The notes below the pieces were generated by a model. That model saw nothing but the letters and a program-made list of their open reading frames with translations, was not told where the DNA came from and did no database searches. From NCBI GenBank assembly GCA_964643895.1, contig CAZXUE010000001.1, positions 17,083-81,082 on the forward strand: a stretch of DNA of 64,000 nucleotides, given 5' to 3'. This DNA is from an uncultured Candidatus Saccharibacteria bacterium (GTDB lineage Bacteria; Patescibacteriota; Saccharimonadia; Saccharimonadales; UBA7683). How positions within the stretch are numbered: the first letter of the stretch is position 1; each line of letters begins with the position of its first letter. Position numbers and translations under genes: made by a program. This document shows positions 60,154-64,000 of the stretch, one piece after another.

Positions 60154-62127
60154 TCACATCTTTTCTTTGATTGCAGTAATTTGGTCACGGAGCTCTGCTG
60201 CCTCTTCAAAGCGGAGGTTGGCACTGGCTAGATCCATCTGGCTCTCCAGTTCGGTGATAAGGTGTTTGTATTCGTCTTTTGGAATTTTGTTCAGGTTGAG
60301 ACTAGGTTTCTTTTCTTTTTCTGGTGCGCCGATGATTGCTCGAAGACCTTCGTCTACCACCTTATCCACCCCTGTTGGTGTAATGCCGTGTTTCGCATTG
60401 TGCGCCTCTTGAATGCTGCGCCGGCGTTTGGTTTCATCAATAGTGTACTGCATTGATTTCGTAATGGTATCGCCGTACATAATCACATGACCTTCCTCGT
60501 GTCGGGCAGCGCGGCCAACCGTTTGCACTAACGCCTGCGAACTCCTTAAGAATCCTTCTTTGTCGGCATCCATAATCGCCACTAAGCTTACTTCTGGCAG
60601 ATCTAAGCCTTCACGCAGCAAGTTAATACCCACGAGCACATCGTAGATGCCGAGCCGGAGATCGCGCAAAATGTCAGTTCGATCAAGTGTATCGACATCA
60701 CTATGTAGATAGGCGGTTTTGATATCGAGCTCTTGTAGATATTCGGTTAAATCTTCGGCCATTCGTTTTGTAAGTGTTGTAACGAGCACTCGTTGCCCTT
60801 TTTGAGTGGTTGCACGAATTTCTTTAATTAAATCGTCGATTTGATTTTTAGTTGGGCGAACTTCTATTGGCGGATCAAGCAAGCCAGTTGGACGAATAAC
60901 CTGTTCGGCCGGCTTACCACTTCGCTGCAACTCGTATTCGCCAGGTGTGGCAGAAACGTAAATGACTTGGTTAATGTGATTTTGGAATTCTTCGAACTTG
61001 AGCGGCCTGTTATCAAGTGCTGAAGGCAAACGAAAACCGTGTTCCACCAACACCTCTTTTCTGGCGCGATCGCCGTTATACATACCTCGTACTTGTGGCA
61101 AGCTCATATGGCTTTCATCAACAAGCATTAAAAAATCATCAGGAAAATAATCGAGCAAGGTGGCGGGTTGTTCGCCCGGTTCGCGATTTGTGAGGTATCG
61201 AGAATAGTTCTCAATACCTTTCACAAAACCTGTCTCCTCAAGCATTTCTAGATCAAACTTAGTTCGTTGGCCCAGACGCTGAGCTTCCAGCAGCTTGTTT
61301 TGTGATTCAAATTCATTCAGCCGGTTCTCAAATTCATGACGAATTTTACCAATAGCAACCTTCAGTTTATCGCTGGGCGTAACGTAGTGTGACCCTGGGA
61401 AAATGCGTACCTCCTGTGGCTCTTGAATAATCTCGCCTGTCAACGGATTGATCTCAGTAATTCGATCAACCTCATCCCCAAAAAACTCAATTCTATAAGC
61501 TGATTCCCCGCCTGCTGGAAACACATCAACCACATCACCACGCACCCGAAAGGTTGAACGGTGAAAGTCAATATCGTTGCGTGTATATTGAATATCTGTC
61601 AGATGACGTAAGAATTTGTCTTGCCGACGTTTTTCGCCAACTTTAATAGTTATCGACATCTCCCCGTAATCATCGCGTGATCCAATACCGTAAATACAGC
61701 TGACTGAGGCCACAATAATACAATCACGACCGGTTAACAGTGCCGAAGTGGCCGCATGGCGCAGCCGGTCAATCTCTTCGTTGATCTTAGAATCTTTTTC
61801 GATGTAGGTATCGCTCGAAGGCATATAGGCTTCCGGCTGATAATAATCGAAATAACTAACGAAATAGTGGACTTCATTCTCCGGAAAGAACTGCCGAAAC
61901 TCGCTATACAGCTGTGCAGCTAGAGTTTTATTGTGGCTCAGCACCAAAGTTGGCTTTTGCACAGCTTGAATAATATTAGCCATCGTAAAGGTCTTACCAG
62001 AGCCAGTTACCCCAAGCAGCGTCTGCTCTTTTTGTCCGCCATTCAGACCATCCACCAACTGCTTAATAGCCATTGGCTGATCACCAGTAGGTTGGTATTT
62101 GGTATTGAGCTTAAACGGCCTACTCAT
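60154..62127 (-). CDS. uvrB: excinuclease ABC subunit B
   Basis: [10 protein letters not shown] Walker A, the beta-hairpin, helicase motifs and a C-terminal UVR domain. Confidence 0.95.
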   Translation of the reverse strand: MSRPFKLNTKYQPTGDQPMAIKQLVDGLNGGQKEQTLLGVTGSGKTFTMANIIQAVQKPTLVLSHNKTLAAQLYSEFRQFFPENEVHYFVSYFDYYQPEAYMPSSDTYIEKDSKINEEIDRLRHAATSALLTGRDCIIVASVSCIYGIGSRDDYGEMSITIKVGEKRRQDKFLRHLTDIQYTRNDIDFHRSTFRVRGDVVDVFPAGGESAYRIEFFGDEVDRITEINPLTGEIIQEPQEVRIFPGSHYVTPSDKLKVAIGKIRHEFENRLNEFESQNKLLEAQRLGQRTKFDLEMLEETGFVKGIENYSRYLTNREPGEQPATLLDYFPDDFLMLVDESHMSLPQVRGMYNGDRARKEVLVEHGFRLPSALDNRPLKFEEFQNHINQVIYVSATPGEYELQRSGKPAEQVIRPTGLLDPPIEVRPTKNQIDDLIKEIRATTQKGQRVLVTTLTKRMAEDLTEYLQELDIKTAYLHSDVDTLDRTDILRDLRLGIYDVLVGINLLREGLDLPEVSLVAIMDADKEGFLRSSQALVQTVGRAARHEEGHVIMYGDTITKSMQYTIDETKRRRSIQEAHNAKHGITPTGVDKVVDEGLRAIIGAPEKEKKPSLNLNKIPKDEYKHLITELESQMDLASANLRFEEAAELRDQITAIKEKM

Positions 62128-62173
62128 TTAACTAGTGTAACAGAACTGATGGTGCGAATAGCTGAAAACCCAG

Positions 62174-62875
62174 TTACTGCTGAGCCGGCTCTGAAGAGAC
62201 TGGAGTGTTTGGGTCAGAACTTTGGCTATTGTCACCAGGATCAATTTGGGCCGAAGTCTTGCTGCTTGCCTCAAGCTGGGCAAACTGTTTGAGTAGAGAT
62301 GCTTTATATGGCGTTTCGATATTGGCAGGGTTGCTCGTGCAGGTTTCGGTTTTGGATTTATACATATAAAGATACTTGCTAATTCCTACGACATTAGCGC
62401 CCGCTACTGGAACATCGCCCGCGGCAGCGCGTTCGATGGTGCCGATTTCTCCTTGATAATCACGACAGGTGGCAATCGTAGCCATAGTCGGCGAATAAAG
62501 TTCAACGAAGTCAGCGTTCAAACGTGTGCGAAATCGATATTTGACATCTTTGAACTTCTCATCTAGCGGCAAGCGAATGCCCCACTCTTCAATCGTGAGG
62601 TACGTCACTCCTGGCTCATCAATCACTTCACCGGCAGCCGATAGTTCATCCCTGAGCGTGTCAGCCTCTTGATTTGCTTTATCAATTTGCATTTGGCTAG
62701 CCGATTTTTGCGAACTCTGACCCAATAATAAGCCTCCCGCAAATAGCACTGCCGCTATGAGAAGGCCGCCAACGATCATCAAAATTAAAGAGAGTGCACT
62801 CCTCTGAGGCACTGTTGGCATTGACGTAGACTGCTGTGTGTTTTGCTGTGGGTAGACAGGTTGATCTGGTTGCAT
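62174..62875 (-). CDS. membrane-anchored hypothetical protein (Pro/Gln-rich N-terminus, one TM)
   Basis: LSLILMIVGGLLIAAVLFAGGLLLG TM segment. The C-terminal domain is unrecognised and ends in a Ser-rich tail. Confidence 0.5.
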   Translation of the reverse strand: MQPDQPVYPQQNTQQSTSMPTVPQRSALSLILMIVGGLLIAAVLFAGGLLLGQSSQKSASQMQIDKANQEADTLRDELSAAGEVIDEPGVTYLTIEEWGIRLPLDEKFKDVKYRFRTRLNADFVELYSPTMATIATCRDYQGEIGTIERAAAGDVPVAGANVVGISKYLYMYKSKTETCTSNPANIETPYKASLLKQFAQLEASSKTSAQIDPGDNSQSSDPNTPVSSEPAQQ

Positions 62876-62884
62876 AGTGCTCCT

Positions 62885-63502
62885 TTACTTACGATTATGC
62901 CGTTCTTCCAATATTTTCACAATACGTTCCACTAATAGATCTGGCTGCTGGCCAAAAAAGACATCGTGGCGAGTATCGCAGATACCGTCATGGCACATAC
63001 CGGCCGCCTTCATAAGATGCTCAAACTCTTCGCCAACACCGCCAGTGTCTCTTAGAACACCCACCGGCACATGGCTTTCAATTGCAGTCGCAAACTCATG
63101 CACCGTCCCCATGCGCCCACCAATGCTCAAAACTGCATCGGAACTTTGCACCAAAAGAGCATCGCGGCCAACATAATGGAGACCTGTGTAGAGAATAAAA
63201 TCATAAGCTGTTGTTGGCAAGCGATATTTATTCAGATGCTCTCGTACGCTGGCCGCCGGGCTAATACCAATACTCATACCTCCGACACTCTTTGCACCTT
63301 GGGCCGCCCAGTCTGGCAGGCCGATAGTTGCGCCAGTAATAAGCACATGTCCTTGTAGCGCAACTTGTTTACCAAGTTCAAAGGCTAGTTCGTAATCATC
63401 TTCTACGGTTTTGCCGCGCGCTGCACCGCTCACACAAATAGTAAATCGGTGTTTGGGTGACTTCGGCACCAGCTTTGTTTGTTTTGGTCGGGGATATGCC
63501 AT
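62885..63502 (-). CDS. TIGR00725/LOG-like Rossmann-fold protein (SLOG superfamily)
   Basis: ICVSGAARG…LITGATIG…SIGGRMGTVHEF resembles the MJ1651/LOG family glycine-rich motifs. Confidence 0.5.
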   Translation of the reverse strand: MAYPRPKQTKLVPKSPKHRFTICVSGAARGKTVEDDYELAFELGKQVALQGHVLITGATIGLPDWAAQGAKSVGGMSIGISPAASVREHLNKYRLPTTAYDFILYTGLHYVGRDALLVQSSDAVLSIGGRMGTVHEFATAIESHVPVGVLRDTGGVGEEFEHLMKAAGMCHDGICDTRHDVFFGQQPDLLVERIVKILEERHNRK

Positions 63503-63933
63503 TACACTAACTCCTCGGGTTTAATCATATCGTTATCTAATTGCTGCAAAATCTGCTTTTTTAAGGTGGACTCGCCCATATAGCGCATAAAAATCTCGTT
63601 CCACAAACTTTCGCGCATGTGGTAGAAATAACGGCCTTTGAAACTTTCTTGATTGCTGTAGGCAAATGCAACATCAAATAAATTGAAGGCAACCGGCTCA
63701 CCGTCATCACCTACTCGGCCTACAAAGTCGAGATCCTGCCAGTATTTTAGCTCCGGATCGAGTGCAAACAAACTTTCTTCCGCTTTACGCCAGTGCAGAT
63801 CTTCAGGATGAACATGAGGCTGAAACGCCTCTGGCTCGTGATCTTCTTTATGACGGCCCAGGTAGCGCTGAATTACTCGCCAGTGAATGTGAAACTTGGC
63901 AATAGTAGCACCAGTACCGGTGTCGGCAATCAA
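63502..63933 (-). CDS. hypothetical His-rich protein (may extend beyond window)
   Basis: HIHW…HKEDHEPEAFQPHVHPEDLHW. There is a 1-nt overlap with the downstream gene. Because the window ends soon after, the N-terminus is uncertain. Confidence 0.4.
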   Translation of the reverse strand: MIADTGTGATIAKFHIHWRVIQRYLGRHKEDHEPEAFQPHVHPEDLHWRKAEESLFALDPELKYWQDLDFVGRVGDDGEPVAFNLFDVAFAYSNQESFKGRYFYHMRESLWNEIFMRYMGESTLKKQILQQLDNDMIKPEELV

Positions 63934-64000
63934 GGTTTCAGAGATAGTTTTACCAAAATGCCCAGCCGTACTCTTAAGTTTAAAGAAGCTGGAATATAGT

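Noticed and set aside
62128-62173. LexA/Cheo box upstream of uvrB
   Set aside because: Only a partial GAAC…GGT match; no GAAC-N4-GTTC palindrome.

Overview
This 64-kb window is a compact, mostly minus-strand bacterial chromosomal segment. The gene content looks like a reduced Gram-positive-like or CPR/Saccharibacteria-like genome, but I cannot assign taxonomy from the sequence alone. Core genes I can support: rpsL, rpoC, rpoB, clpP, tig, hisS, a tRNA-Leu(UAG), rsmD, recG, a MarR-MFS efflux pair, a pterin dehydratase, tyrS, PBP1A, a PNPOx-like protein, yacL (PIN/TRAM)-radA, clpC, nusA, pepN, rplS-rnhB-(membrane protein)-yraN, malic enzyme, a PilB/GspE-like ATPase, a SpoU methyltransferase, dnaE, recF, a YtxH/DUF948 stress-protein cluster, gatC-gatA-(inserted small gene)-gatB, an alpha/beta hydrolase and uvrB. 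The most striking non-core features follow. (1) A four-gene minus-strand operon, 55911-60110, encodes an FtsK/HerA/VirB4-superfamily P-loop ATPase followed by three tandem, equal-length (234 aa), cysteine-containing paralogs of unrecognised family. It has its own extended -10 promoter and 12-13 nt intergenic junctions. This is my best candidate for an undescribed system. (2) Two perfect HrcA CIRCE operators (TTAGCACTC-N9-GAGTGCTAA) lie 17-18 nt upstream of the clpP and clpC start codons. (3) A small HEPN-like (RNRIVH) membrane protein is translationally coupled inside gatCAB. (4) A compositionally atypical AT-rich block carrying AGA/AGG codons (LD-carboxypeptidase, three proteins of unknown function, two divergent coiled-coil proteins, a PRTase-like protein) abuts the 3' end of the tRNA-Leu. 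(5) A GC-rich 101-aa ORF between recG and the MFS gene has a perfect TTGACA-N17-TATAAT promoter and a bidirectional terminator. (6) A TrmB-family regulator is split by a frameshift. All calls come from reading the sequence and the ORF translations. I ran no database searches.
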